Source: an uncultured Clostridium sp.
Lineage (GTDB): Bacteria > Bacillota > Clostridia > TANB77 > CAG-508
Direction of reading: 5' to 3'
Assembly: GCA_946496115.1 (NCBI GenBank)
Contig: CAMMFK010000001.1
Coordinates: forward strand, 1-47,738
DNA length: 47,738 nt
Both the position numbers and the translations under genes were made by a program. Positions 18,549-27,516 of this stretch are shown piece by piece (within the stretch, counting starts at the first letter, position 1; the number at the start of each line of letters is the position of its first letter). Below the pieces are notes generated by a model that did no database searches, had not been told where the DNA came from, and was given only the letters and a program-made list of their open reading frames with translations.

Positions 18549-18917
18549 TTATAAAACTTCTGGTGCTAGAGATAATATTTTCATGTAATCATTATCTCTT
18601 AATTCTCTTGCAACAGGTCCAAATATACGTGTTCCTCTTGGTGTTTTGTCATCTTTTATTATAACTGCTGCGTTTTCATCAAATCTTACCATTGTTCCAT
18701 CTGCTCTTCTAATTGGTTTCTTTGTTCTAACAACAACTGCTTTAACAACTTCACCTTTTTTTACAACGCCACCTGGTGTTGCGCTTTTAACAGAAGCAAC
18801 TACTACATCACCAACTGATGCATATTTTCTATATGAACCACCTAGAGCTCTTATAACCATTATTTCTTTTGCTCCAGTGTTATCAGCTACTTTTAGTATA
18901 CTTTGTTGTTGTACCAT
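18549..18917 (-). CDS. rplN: 50S ribosomal protein L14
   Basis: [19 protein letters not shown]-terminus, 122 aa. Confidence 0.97.
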   Translation of the reverse strand: MVQQQSILKVADNTGAKEIMVIRALGGSYRKYASVGDVVVASVKSATPGGVVKKGEVVKAVVVRTKKPIRRADGTMVRFDENAAVIIKDDKTPRGTRIFGPVARELRDNDYMKILSLAPEVL

Positions 18918-19010
18918 AGCTTGATTTCCTCCTTCTTACTTATTTTCAAACTTTTATTACATTATGCAACTATTGTTTGAAGTTGTTTTACTTTGTAAAA
19001 AAGTTTTGGC

Positions 19011-19274
19011 TTATTTTATTACTGCCTTTTCAGTTATTTCAACAACTCTCCATCTTTTATCTTTAGATAAAGGTCTTGTTTCCATAACTCTAACTGTATC
19101 TCCAACTTGGCATTTATTTTCTTCGTCATGAGCTTTTAATTTGTATGTTGATTTTTTGATTTTTCCGTATGTCTTATCCATTTTTCTTGTTTCAACAGCT
19201 ACAACTACTGTTTTATCCATTTTGTCAGATACAACTTTTCCAACCATTGTTTTACGAAGATTTCTCTCTACCAT
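19011..19274 (-). CDS. rpsQ: 30S ribosomal protein S17
   Basis: [14 protein letters not shown]...[13 protein letters not shown]. Confidence 0.97.
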   Translation of the reverse strand: MVERNLRKTMVGKVVSDKMDKTVVVAVETRKMDKTYGKIKKSTYKLKAHDEENKCQVGDTVRVMETRPLSKDKRWRVVEITEKAVIK

Positions 19275-19291
19275 TATGGTATCTCCTTTCT

Positions 19292-19495
19292 TTATTTTTT
19301 ACTTTCTTCTAACTTTCTTTCTGTTAGAATTGTATTTATTCTTGCAATGTCTTTCTTTACTTCCTTGATTTTCATAGGATTATCTAATCCGTTTGTAGCT
19401 AAACTAAATCTTAATTTGAATAATTCAGTCTTTAGTTCGCTTAATTCTTTTTCTAAATCAGGTGAAGACATTTCTCTTATTTTACTAATCTTCAT
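19292..19495 (-). CDS. rpmC: 50S ribosomal protein L29
   Basis: [18 protein letters not shown]... The ATG at 19495 follows GGTGGTGA and overlaps the end of rplP by 11 nt. Confidence 0.93.
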   Translation of the reverse strand: MKISKIREMSSPDLEKELSELKTELFKLRFSLATNGLDNPMKIKEVKKDIARINTILTERKLEESKK

Positions 19496-19925
19496 CTTTA
19501 TCACCACCTATTTCAGTTTCTTTTTTAACAAATTTAGCTTTAACAGATAGTTTGTTTCCAGCAAGACGTAATGCTTCTCTTGCAACATCTTCTGAAACTC
19601 CTCCCATTTCAAACATTATTCTTCCTGGTTTAACAGGTGCTACCCAATATTCAACATTACCTTTTCCTTTACCCATACGAGTTCCGATAGGTTTGCTTGT
19701 TATTGGTTTGTCTGGGAATATCTTAATCCAAACTTTTCCACCTCTTTTAATATATCTTGTCATAGCAACACGGGCTGCTTCTATTTGATTTGAGGTGATT
19801 AATCCTAATTCTAATGCTTGTAAACCATATTCTCCATCTGTTACTTTATTTCCTCTAGTAGCTTTTCCTCTAATTCTACCTTTTTGCATTTTTCTATATT
19901 TAGTCTTTTTTGGCATCAATGGCAT
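19485..19925 (-). CDS. rplP: 50S ribosomal protein L16
   Basis: [12 protein letters not shown] start after GGAGGAG. The track N-extension was rejected. It overlaps the rpsC 3' end by 26 nt. Confidence 0.95.
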   Translation of the reverse strand: MPLMPKKTKYRKMQKGRIRGKATRGNKVTDGEYGLQALELGLITSNQIEAARVAMTRYIKRGGKVWIKIFPDKPITSKPIGTRMGKGKGNVEYWVAPVKPGRIMFEMGGVSEDVAREALRLAGNKLSVKAKFVKKETEIGGDKDED

Positions 19926-20586
19926 GATTATCTCCTCCTTCCGCTTTATTCTTTTTTGCTGGAAGAACTTCTCCTTTATATATCCAAACTTTAACACCAA
20001 CTTTTCCATATGTTGTATTTGCTTCTGCAAATCCATAGTCTATGTCTGCTCTTAAAGTTTGAAGAGGAACTGTTCCTTCTTTATAGAATTCAGTTCTAGC
20101 CATGTCTGCTCCACCTAATCTTCCAGATACTGAAGTTTTTATACCTAAAGCACCTGCTTTCATAGCTTTTTGCATACATTGTTTCATAGCACGTCTGAAT
20201 GAAATTCTTCTTTCTAATTGTCCAGCGATGTTTTCTGCTACTAATTGAGCATTTGTATCAACATCTTTTACTTCGACAATATTTAAATTTACTTGTTTAT
20301 TAATCATTTTTTCAAGTTCTGATTTTAAACTTTCAGCTAAGTTTCCACCTTTACCAATTACTAGACCTGGTTTTGCTGTGTAAACATTAACTTTAACAAA
20401 TTTTGGTGTTCTTTCAATTTCTATTTTTGAAATTCCACTAACATATAACTTTTTCTTAACATATTCACGGATTTTGTGGTCTTCAACTAGATAGTCGCTG
20501 TAATGTTTTTTATCTGCATACCATTTTGAGCTCCAATCATTGATAACACCAACTCTGTATCCACGTGGGTCTACTTTTTGTCCCAT
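19900..20586 (-). CDS. rpsC: 30S ribosomal protein S3
   Basis: [15 protein letters not shown]-terminus, KH domain, 228 aa. Confidence 0.97.
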   Translation of the reverse strand: MGQKVDPRGYRVGVINDWSSKWYADKKHYSDYLVEDHKIREYVKKKLYVSGISKIEIERTPKFVKVNVYTAKPGLVIGKGGNLAESLKSELEKMINKQVNLNIVEVKDVDTNAQLVAENIAGQLERRISFRRAMKQCMQKAMKAGALGIKTSVSGRLGGADMARTEFYKEGTVPLQTLRADIDYGFAEANTTYGKVGVKVWIYKGEVLPAKKNKAEGGDNHAIDAKKD

Positions 20587-20610
20587 TTGTCTATGCCTCC
20601 TTCTTTATTT

Positions 20611-21225
20611 TTATACACGTTCTTTTAATACTATTGTAGTATTACTTGTTCTTTTTCTAATTCTAACAGCTGAACCTTTTGCTGCTGGTCTTATTCTCTT
20701 TAATGTAGGACCTTGGTTTGAGTATATTTCAGCTATATATAATTTTGAATGATTCATTTGGTTATTGTTTTCAGCATTTGCTATTGCTGATTTTAATAAT
20801 TTTTCTAGTACTTCTGCTCCTGCTTTTGGTGTGAATTTTAATATTGCTAATGCTTCATCAACATTTTTTCCTCTAATTAAGTTTGCAACAATAGCAATTT
20901 TTCTGCTAGAAATTCTTGCATATTTAACTGTAGCTTTTGCTACTAATTCTTCAGTTTCAGATTCTTTTTGAACTTTAACTGCTTTTTTTGCATTTTCTGT
21001 TTTCTTTTCAGCTGTTTTTGTTTCTGTTTTAGCTGTTTCTTTATTTTCTGCTACTTTTGTTTCTGCTTTCTTTGTTGCAGCTTTTGCAGTTTTAGCTTCA
21101 GCTACTTTCTTTTCAGCTGTTTTACTTTCTGTTTTATTTGAAGATTTTGTTTCAGCTTTTGCTGTTTTTGTTTCTTCTGATTTTTTAGAAGCAGTTGTTA
21201 CTTTCTTTTCTTTCTCGTCTGCCAC
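20611..21225 (-). CDS. rplV: 50S ribosomal protein L22 with a ~90-aa Lys/Ala/Glu/Thr-rich N-terminal extension
   Basis: The C-terminal ~110 aa are canonical uL22 (ATVKYARISSRKIAIVANLIRGK...). The N-terminus is repetitive (TKTAEKK-like). Confidence 0.93.
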   Translation of the reverse strand: MADEKEKKVTTASKKSEETKTAKAETKSSNKTESKTAEKKVAEAKTAKAATKKAETKVAENKETAKTETKTAEKKTENAKKAVKVQKESETEELVAKATVKYARISSRKIAIVANLIRGKNVDEALAILKFTPKAGAEVLEKLLKSAIANAENNNQMNHSKLYIAEIYSNQGPTLKRIRPAAKGSAVRIRKRTSNTTIVLKERV

Positions 21226-21305
21226 TGTAAATTACCTCCTTTTTTGTAATTTTGAAATTTTATTTTTGTAATACCTTATTTTCTTGTTCTTGATATTACT
21301 AATTA

Positions 21306-21587
21306 TTATTGATTTGTAGTTGTTGTTTTGTCTCCTGAATGTCCTTTGAATGTTCTTGTAGGAGCAAACTCACCTAATTTATGTCCAATCATTTCTTCTG
21401 TAATGTAAACTGGAACATGTTTTCTTCCGTCATGAACAGCTATTGTGTGTCCAACCATTTGTGGGTATATTGTTGAAGCTCTTGACCATGTTTTTAAAAC
21501 TTCTTTGTTTCCACTTTCGTTCATAGCTTCAATTCTTTTTAATAATTCTGGTGCTACATATGGTTTTTTCTTGCTTGATCTTGACAT
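21306..21587 (-). CDS. rpsS: 30S ribosomal protein S19
   Basis: [35 protein letters not shown]. Confidence 0.97.
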   Translation of the reverse strand: MSRSSKKKPYVAPELLKRIEAMNESGNKEVLKTWSRASTIYPQMVGHTIAVHDGRKHVPVYITEEMIGHKLGEFAPTRTFKGHSGDKTTTTNQ

Positions 21588-21614
21588 TTTATTCTCCTTT
21601 CTACTAACTTCTTA

Positions 21615-22442
21615 TTATTTTCTTCTCTTTGTAATTAATCTATTAGATTTTTTGTGTTTTGCTCTTGTCTTATATCCAAGTGCTGGTTTACCCCAAGGAG
21701 TCATTGGTCCAGCGTGACCAACTGGTGCTCTACCTTCACCACCACCATGTGGGTGATCTACTGGGTTCATTACAGAACCTCTAACTGTAGGACGTACTCC
21801 TAAATGTCTTGTTTTACCAGCTTTACCTAATTTTATGTTTTCGTGTTCTTCGTTTCCTATAACACCGATTGTTGCTTTGCAACAAGCTAAAACTAGTCTC
21901 ATTTCTCCTGATGGTAATCTTAAATGAGCATATTTGCCTTCTTTAGCCATTAATTGAGCTGATTGTCCAGCTGCTCTAACTAATTTACCACCTTGATTTG
22001 GATTGATTTCTACATTATGAACTAATGTACCAACTGGTATGTTTTCTAATTTTAAGCAGTTACCTGGTTTGATGTCTGCTGTATCACTTGATACAACTTT
22101 ATCTCCATCTTTTAATCCTTTTGGAGCTAATATATAGCTTAATGTTCCATCTGTATATTTGATTAAAGCTATATTTGCACTTCTGTTTGGATCGTATTCG
22201 ATTCCAATAACTTCTGCTTCCATATCTAATTTATTTCTTTTGAAATCAATTTTTCTGTATTTTTGTCTGTTTCCGCCACCTTGATGTCTAACTGTGATTT
22301 TTCCTTGTGCATTTCTTCCTGCTTTTGATTTCTTTACTTCTAGTAAAGATTTTTCAGGAGTCTTTTTTGTTATTTCAGAAAAATCTGATACAGCCATTCC
22401 TCTAAGTGATGGAGTAACTGGTCTAAATTTCTTTGTTCCCAT
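21615..22442 (-). CDS. rplB: 50S ribosomal protein L2
   Basis: 275 aa, [16 protein letters not shown] motif. Confidence 0.97.
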   Translation of the reverse strand: MGTKKFRPVTPSLRGMAVSDFSEITKKTPEKSLLEVKKSKAGRNAQGKITVRHQGGGNRQKYRKIDFKRNKLDMEAEVIGIEYDPNRSANIALIKYTDGTLSYILAPKGLKDGDKVVSSDTADIKPGNCLKLENIPVGTLVHNVEINPNQGGKLVRAAGQSAQLMAKEGKYAHLRLPSGEMRLVLACCKATIGVIGNEEHENIKLGKAGKTRHLGVRPTVRGSVMNPVDHPHGGGEGRAPVGHAGPMTPWGKPALGYKTRAKHKKSNRLITKRRK

Positions 22443-22717
22443 TTTATTATTCTCCTTTTTATTTTAAGATTAAGCTATCTAAATATGATTGCTTATCTTT
22501 CTATTAGTAGATTTTTTCCTGCTCTACTTAGCAGATATTTTTTATTATCCGAGTTCTTTCTCGATACTTTTCTTTACCGTTGTAATTATAAGCTACGTCT
22601 TACGTCGTTAAACCTCACTTAAAATTCCTCAAAGTATCAAAAATACATTTCCGGATTTTAAGTTCGGTTTGCTTAAGTCAAACTTGCTTCTAATTTCAAC
22701 TAATGTTTTGCATTCTC

Positions 22718-23065
22718 TTAAGCTCCTGCAAATTCATCAATTGAATCTCTGAATTTCTTATTAATTTTTCTTACTTCCCCACCTTTAGCAATGTAAGATA
22801 AATCCTCTGGATTTGTATCTATTGTAACAATTGCTTTTTTCCAGTCAGAAGTTTTGCCTACGCTTCTTCCAACTCTTTTTTCTTTTCCTTTTACTGTCAT
22901 TGTATTAACTTTTAATACTTTAACTTCAAATAATTTTTCTACTGCTCTTGCAATATCTACCTTTGTAGCATTTTTATTAACTTTAAAGGTATACTTACCA
23001 AGATTTATTTGGTCATTGCTCTTTTCTGTAACAACTGGAGCAATTATAACATCTTCTGGTCTCAT
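22718..23065 (-). CDS. rplW: 50S ribosomal protein L23 (C-terminally extended)
   Basis: [11 protein letters not shown]...[26 protein letters not shown]. It is 115 aa, about 20 aa longer than usual at the C-terminus. Confidence 0.94.
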   Translation of the reverse strand: MRPEDVIIAPVVTEKSNDQINLGKYTFKVNKNATKVDIARAVEKLFEVKVLKVNTMTVKGKEKRVGRSVGKTSDWKKAIVTIDTNPEDLSYIAKGGEVRKINKKFRDSIDEFAGA

Positions 23066-23688
23066 TATGCGTACACCTCCTCTAATTTTTTAACAGTGTC
23101 CTCTGTTACTACTAAGCCCTTGTATTTTACTAAATCATAAGCATTGATTGTGTCAACTGTTAATGTTTTTACACCTTCAATATTTCTTGATGATTTGCAT
23201 ACATTTTCATTATTTGCTGGTAATAATATTAATGTTTTTCCTTCTGCTTTAACATTGTTTAATACTTTTACCATGTTAGCTGTTTTGATTTCTTTTAATT
23301 CTAATTTATCTAAAACAATTAATTCTTTTTCTGCAACTTTTGAACTTAGTATTGATTTGATTGCTAATCTCTTTTCTTTCTTATTAATTTTGTAAGAATA
23401 TGAACGAGGTCTTGGTCCTAATGCTATACCACCTTTAATCCATTGTGGAGCTCTTATTGACCCTTGTCTTGCACGACCTGTTCCTTTTTGTCTCCATGGT
23501 TTTCTTCCACCACCAGAAACTTCTGCTCTAGTTTTTGTATTTTGAGTTCCTTGTCTTTGATTTGCTAAGTAATTAACTATTGCACCATGAACTATGTTTT
23601 CATTTGGTTCTATACCAAATACATTTTCATTAAGTTCTAGTTCTTTAACTTTCTTTCCTTCTATGCTTAATACGTCTACTTTAGGCAT
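23065..23688 (-). CDS. rplD: 50S ribosomal protein L4
   Basis: [20 protein letters not shown] motif, 207 aa. Confidence 0.97.
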   Translation of the reverse strand: MPKVDVLSIEGKKVKELELNENVFGIEPNENIVHGAIVNYLANQRQGTQNTKTRAEVSGGGRKPWRQKGTGRARQGSIRAPQWIKGGIALGPRPRSYSYKINKKEKRLAIKSILSSKVAEKELIVLDKLELKEIKTANMVKVLNNVKAEGKTLILLPANNENVCKSSRNIEGVKTLTVDTINAYDLVKYKGLVVTEDTVKKLEEVYA

Positions 23689-23704
23689 TTTACTTCCTCC
23701 TTCC

Positions 23705-24334
23705 TTATGCTTTTACGCTTGATTTTACTTTTAATATTGCACCTTTAGTTCCAGGAACGCTTCCTTTTACTAAAATTACATTTTTGTCTAAATCAACTTT
23801 TACAACTTCTAAATTTTGAATTGTAACTGTTTCTACCCCCATATGTCCTGGTAAGTTTTTACCTGGAAATACTCTACCTGGTGTAGATGTTGGTCCCATT
23901 GAACCTGGTCTTCTATGATACATAGAACCATGTCCCATTGGTCCTCTTGATTGTCCATGACGTTTGATAACACCTTGGAAACCTTTACCTTTAGAAGTTC
24001 CTTGAACGTCAACTTTGTCACCTACTGCAAATACGTCTGCTTTAAGTTCATCGCCAACTTTCATTCCTTCTACTGAATCTAATCTAAATTCTCTTAAATA
24101 TTTTTTTGGAGCTAATTTGTTTTTGCTTAAATGTCCTAGCTCAGGTTTGTTAAGCTTTCTTTCTTTAACTTCTCCAAATCCTAATTGAACAGCTGTGTAT
24201 CCATCTTGTTCTACAGTTTTGATTTGTGTAACTGTACATGGTCCAACTTCTATTGCTGTTACTGGAATAACTTTTCCTTCTTCATCGAAGATTTGTGTCA
24301 TTCCAACTTTTCTTCCTATTAATGCTTTTTTCAT
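23705..24334 (-). CDS. rplC: 50S ribosomal protein L3
   Basis: [15 protein letters not shown]-terminus, 209 aa. Confidence 0.97.
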   Translation of the reverse strand: MKKALIGRKVGMTQIFDEEGKVIPVTAIEVGPCTVTQIKTVEQDGYTAVQLGFGEVKERKLNKPELGHLSKNKLAPKKYLREFRLDSVEGMKVGDELKADVFAVGDKVDVQGTSKGKGFQGVIKRHGQSRGPMGHGSMYHRRPGSMGPTSTPGRVFPGKNLPGHMGVETVTIQNLEVVKVDLDKNVILVKGSVPGTKGAILKVKSSVKA

Positions 24335-24418
24335 ATTTCCCTCCTATTGGCTGACAGTTTGTTTTGTGCTATTTGAAGTTTGCATTTTTCTTTCTTATGC
24401 ACACGCCAGCATAGCTAA

Positions 24419-24775
24419 TTATAATTTGATTTCTATATCTACACCAGCTGGTAAGTCTATTTTCATAAGACTGTCAACTGTTTTTTGTGTTGGATAAAGA
24501 ATATCAATAACTCTTTTATGAGTTCTTAATTCAAATTGTTCTCTTGAATCTTTGTCTTTGTGTGGAGAACGAATAACTGTTACAACTTCCTTTTCTGTTG
24601 GAAGTGGAATAGGTCCTGAAACTTTTGCTCCTGTTTTCTTAGCAGTATCTACTATTTTCTCAGCAGACTGTTCTAAAACAACATGATCATAAGCTTTAAG
24701 TCTTATTCTGATCTTCTCGCTTTTTGCAGCACTTGTTTTTGTAACTGTTTCTTTTGAATTTTTCTTTGTTGCCAT
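24419..24775 (-). CDS. rpsJ: 30S ribosomal protein S10 (16-aa N-terminal extension)
   Basis: [11 protein letters not shown]...core is canonical. It is preceded by [20 protein letters not shown]. Confidence 0.95.
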   Translation of the reverse strand: MATKKNSKETVTKTSAAKSEKIRIRLKAYDHVVLEQSAEKIVDTAKKTGAKVSGPIPLPTEKEVVTVIRSPHKDKDSREQFELRTHKRVIDILYPTQKTVDSLMKIDLPAGVDIEIKL

Positions 24776-24845
24776 ATTTTTACCTCCTTAAAACGTTATT
24801 TTAGTCGGAAGTTATAAACGCACCCTTGTGTTTCTTTTAGATTTA

Positions 24846-24890
24846 ACATAAAATCCCAAGTTTGCATGATAATCTTGGGATAAGTGCTAT
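24846..24890 (-). terminator. terminator-like attenuator hairpin inside the S10-operon leader
   Basis: UCCCAAG-N23-CUUGGGA followed by UUUU on the minus strand, about 70 nt upstream of the rpsJ ATG. Confidence 0.5.
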
Positions 24891-25014
24891 AAAATTTATA
24901 CTTACCGCCTTGGTCTTAGCCAATGACATACTCCATAGAAGTTCCCTCCATCGCCCACTCGCTGTAGGTGTGTAGCCACATTCTACTTCAACGCATCTCT
25001 TTACATGCTTTTTT

Positions 25015-25043
25015 ATTATATAATAAATGTAGGCTAAAGTCAA
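25015..25043 (-). promoter_or_regulatory. S10-operon promoter
   Basis: Minus strand TTGACT (25038-25043), 17-nt spacer, TATAAT (25015-25020). Confidence 0.65.
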
Positions 25044-25079
25044 GGGTTTTGGAGAACTTTACTTCAATTTTATTTGTAT

Positions 25080-25204
25080 TCACATTATTCTCTTTTCTGC
25101 CAAATTTTCTAACATTTCTATATATCTAGTTTTATCTACATAATAATAATTATCTTCTACTAGCTCCTCATAATTACTTATTCCATAAGGCAATTTTTTA
25201 TCAT
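25080..25204 (-). pseudogene. 5' remnant of an AAA-ATPase-like/PD-(D/E)XK (PF09820-type) gene, frameshifted and truncated
   Basis: Hand translation gives KKLPYGISNYEELVEDNYYYVDKTRYIEMLENLAEKRIM*. This is the characteristic N-terminus of that family. It is out of frame with the ATG/SD (GAGGGGA...ATG at 25204) by one A in an A-run and stops after about 40 codons. Confidence 0.5.
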
Positions 25205-25282
25205 ATTTTTTTATCCCCTCTTTTAAGAGTTTTATCAATAAAATTTGTATATTATCATAAATAGATTTTTTTTAACAATAGT

Positions 25283-27253
25283 TCAACGAAAACAGTGAAA
25301 AAAAGAGGAAGTTTTACCTTCCTCCTCCACCACCACCGGCCTCCGCCGCCGACCGCCTCCTCCGGAGAAGCCACCGCCTCCACCAGATCCTGACGAGAAT
25401 GATGATGACATTGCATTACTTACTGATCTAAAACTACTTGAAAAGTCCATATGTGACATTATAAATATTGTTGGATATATATTGTAATCATAGTTATCAA
25501 AGTCAGGGTATACAATTTTTAATTCTTTTATTACTTTTTCTGATATACCAAATGCAGTAGCATATACCAAGTATTTTTCCCATATTGCTAAGTCCGGTAC
25601 ATCTTTTTCTTTAAGAAGTGAAAAGTCTTCCATATACTTTTTAAATGCTTTCCACTTGTCTTGTTCATCTACACCTTCTTGAGTGTATACACTTATTCTG
25701 TTATTTGCTCTATTTATTAAAATAAAGTCAACTATAAGCCATATTAATGCTATAACTAACAAATACCATGGAATTCCTATGCTGTTTACTGTATTTGTAA
25801 CAAAGTCCATATTATCTAGTAAAAATACTAAAACAAATGGTATAAATACACCTATAGAACAGCCTGCCATGTTGGCGTTTCTTCTTTTAATTCCTTTTAA
25901 ATCTAGTATTCTATTTGATGTTAGTTTTGATTTAATTGCTTTATCTATTGCACTCTTTAATGATACAACTTTTGAGCTATTATTGCTTATATATTTTTTT
26001 AGCTCTTTCATTGTAATTTCATTTGGATTATCTGTTTCTTTACTTCCACCAAATATTGATTTAGATTTATTTTTGCAAGCTGTAATTAAAAAGTTTAATA
26101 TTATTATTTCATCACTATTTAAGCTAACATTATTTGCATCTTGAGGTAAAATAGTAATTTTGCTATCTTTTTTACCTCCATCCGGTATTTCTTCTATTTT
26201 TATTATTTTTTTCAAAGATAGATCTAAAATTGTTGATGAAAATACTTTTCCTATATCATATTGTGTAAATCCTTGATATTTACCATCCAAAATATACAAA
26301 GCTTCTGCTGGTGAGCAAGTCTCACGTGGTAAATCTCTAAAATAGTCAAAATGTGTAGTTGGAACTACAGGCTTTACTTTTAATAGTATTCTTATGTTTT
26401 TCACCATAAAATATAGTAAAATTCCAAATATAATTAAACAAACAATAGCACTAATAATAATCTTAAATATTCTTGAGCTATTTGCTTCATTTGCCCATTC
26501 GTTTTCTTCTTGAAGAATATAGTTTAGCCTATTTGCATTATAAGTTCTTCCTGAATAAGTAATTAAGTCATTAGGCATAGCAATTCTTACTTCTACCATT
26601 TTTTGTGCTTTGTTATTGTTTACCTCAAATGTTACTGTGTCATTACTTGCCTTTGTAATTGTTCCATTTAAATCAGGAGTATGTCCCCAAATTCTTAGGT
26701 CATCTAGATTTGTCACTTCAGCCGGTAATTTTATAGTACCTGTAATTTTTTTGGCGGGTATTTCAAAGTCTGAGCCCAAAAACTGCCAATACATTTCTGC
26801 ACAATCATTATAAACTGCTATGGCATCTTCTACATGATAACTAATTTTGTAAGTTTCAGTTCCAGAAGAATTTTCATATCCTGTGCCCCATGCCACTTCG
26901 TAGTTTGACCCCATACTTATGAAATAATACTCATCTGTTGGTACATGGTAAGCATAGTCTCCATAGTCATCCATTGGAATCTCTACACCACTACTTGTTA
27001 TTCTACTTACAGATCCATCTGTTATGCTTGTATACTTAGTTGAATCTCTTTTGAATGTTTTAAACAAAGTGTTTGTGTCGCTTATATCAATATTCCATGT
27101 TTCTACAACATCCATAGAACCATCACTATTAATTTGTACATCAAAGTTTAAACTATTCAAATATAAATCTGAACTTGCTTGCACACTATTAAATATTGAT
27201 AAAGCTCCAAGTAAAAATACAATTAAAATAATTGCTCGTTTTAAAATTTTCAT
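25283..27253 (-). CDS. DUF2207-like membrane protein
   Basis: Signal/TM N-terminus, large extracytoplasmic domain, central and C-terminal TM segments, Gly-rich C-terminal tail (SGSGGGGGFSGGGG). The family was assigned from memory of this architecture. Confidence 0.6.
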   Translation of the reverse strand: MKILKRAIILIVFLLGALSIFNSVQASSDLYLNSLNFDVQINSDGSMDVVETWNIDISDTNTLFKTFKRDSTKYTSITDGSVSRITSSGVEIPMDDYGDYAYHVPTDEYYFISMGSNYEVAWGTGYENSSGTETYKISYHVEDAIAVYNDCAEMYWQFLGSDFEIPAKKITGTIKLPAEVTNLDDLRIWGHTPDLNGTITKASNDTVTFEVNNNKAQKMVEVRIAMPNDLITYSGRTYNANRLNYILQEENEWANEANSSRIFKIIISAIVCLIIFGILLYFMVKNIRILLKVKPVVPTTHFDYFRDLPRETCSPAEALYILDGKYQGFTQYDIGKVFSSTILDLSLKKIIKIEEIPDGGKKDSKITILPQDANNVSLNSDEIIILNFLITACKNKSKSIFGGSKETDNPNEITMKELKKYISNNSSKVVSLKSAIDKAIKSKLTSNRILDLKGIKRRNANMAGCSIGVFIPFVLVFLLDNMDFVTNTVNSIGIPWYLLVIALIWLIVDFILINRANNRISVYTQEGVDEQDKWKAFKKYMEDFSLLKEKDVPDLAIWEKYLVYATAFGISEKVIKELKIVYPDFDNYDYNIYPTIFIMSHMDFSSSFRSVSNAMSSSFSSGSGGGGGFSGGGGRRRRPVVVEEEGKTSSFFHCFR

Positions 27254-27456
27254 ACTTTCCCCTTTGCATTTTGCCTTTATGCAATTGCTAATAATTATTT
27301 TTGAAATCTATGTTAACTTTTTAATTCTGCTTTTTTCTTAATAATTTTTTGCTTAAGCAAAATGCTTTTTAATATTATTATTTTATTCTCACAATTATAT
27401 TACACTATTTTTATTTTTTTGTCTATTGCAAAATGAAAATTTTATTTTTTAGAAAA

Positions 27457-27485
27457 TTGTATTTTCTCCGTTTTTATTGTATAAT
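27457..27485 (+). promoter_or_regulatory. candidate mutS2 promoter
   Basis: TTGTAT (27457-27462), 17-nt spacer, TATAAT (27480-27485). Confidence 0.45.
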
Positions 27486-27516
27486 ACCTAATATACAAGC
27501 GAAAGGATCAATTACA

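Noticed and set aside
20950-21225. Repetitive DNA in the rplV 5' region considered as a tandem repeat or CRISPR-like array.
   Set aside because: The repeats are short, imperfect and in frame, encoding the K/A/E/T-rich extension. There is no repeat-spacer periodicity. No CRISPR array is visible anywhere in the window.
23833-24021. A 62-aa same-strand ORF nested out of frame within rplC.
   Set aside because: It lies entirely inside the highly conserved L3 coding sequence and has no SD.
24843-25043. A 66-aa minus-strand ORF in the S10 leader.
   Set aside because: It begins within the promoter and crosses the attenuator hairpin, with no SD. It is interpreted as untranslated leader.
25320-25390. 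A strikingly GC-rich tract at the 3' end of the DUF2207-like gene.
   Set aside because: It encodes the Gly-rich tail (GGN codons read on the minus strand). A late frameshift affecting the last ~20 codons is possible but cannot be judged without homologues.
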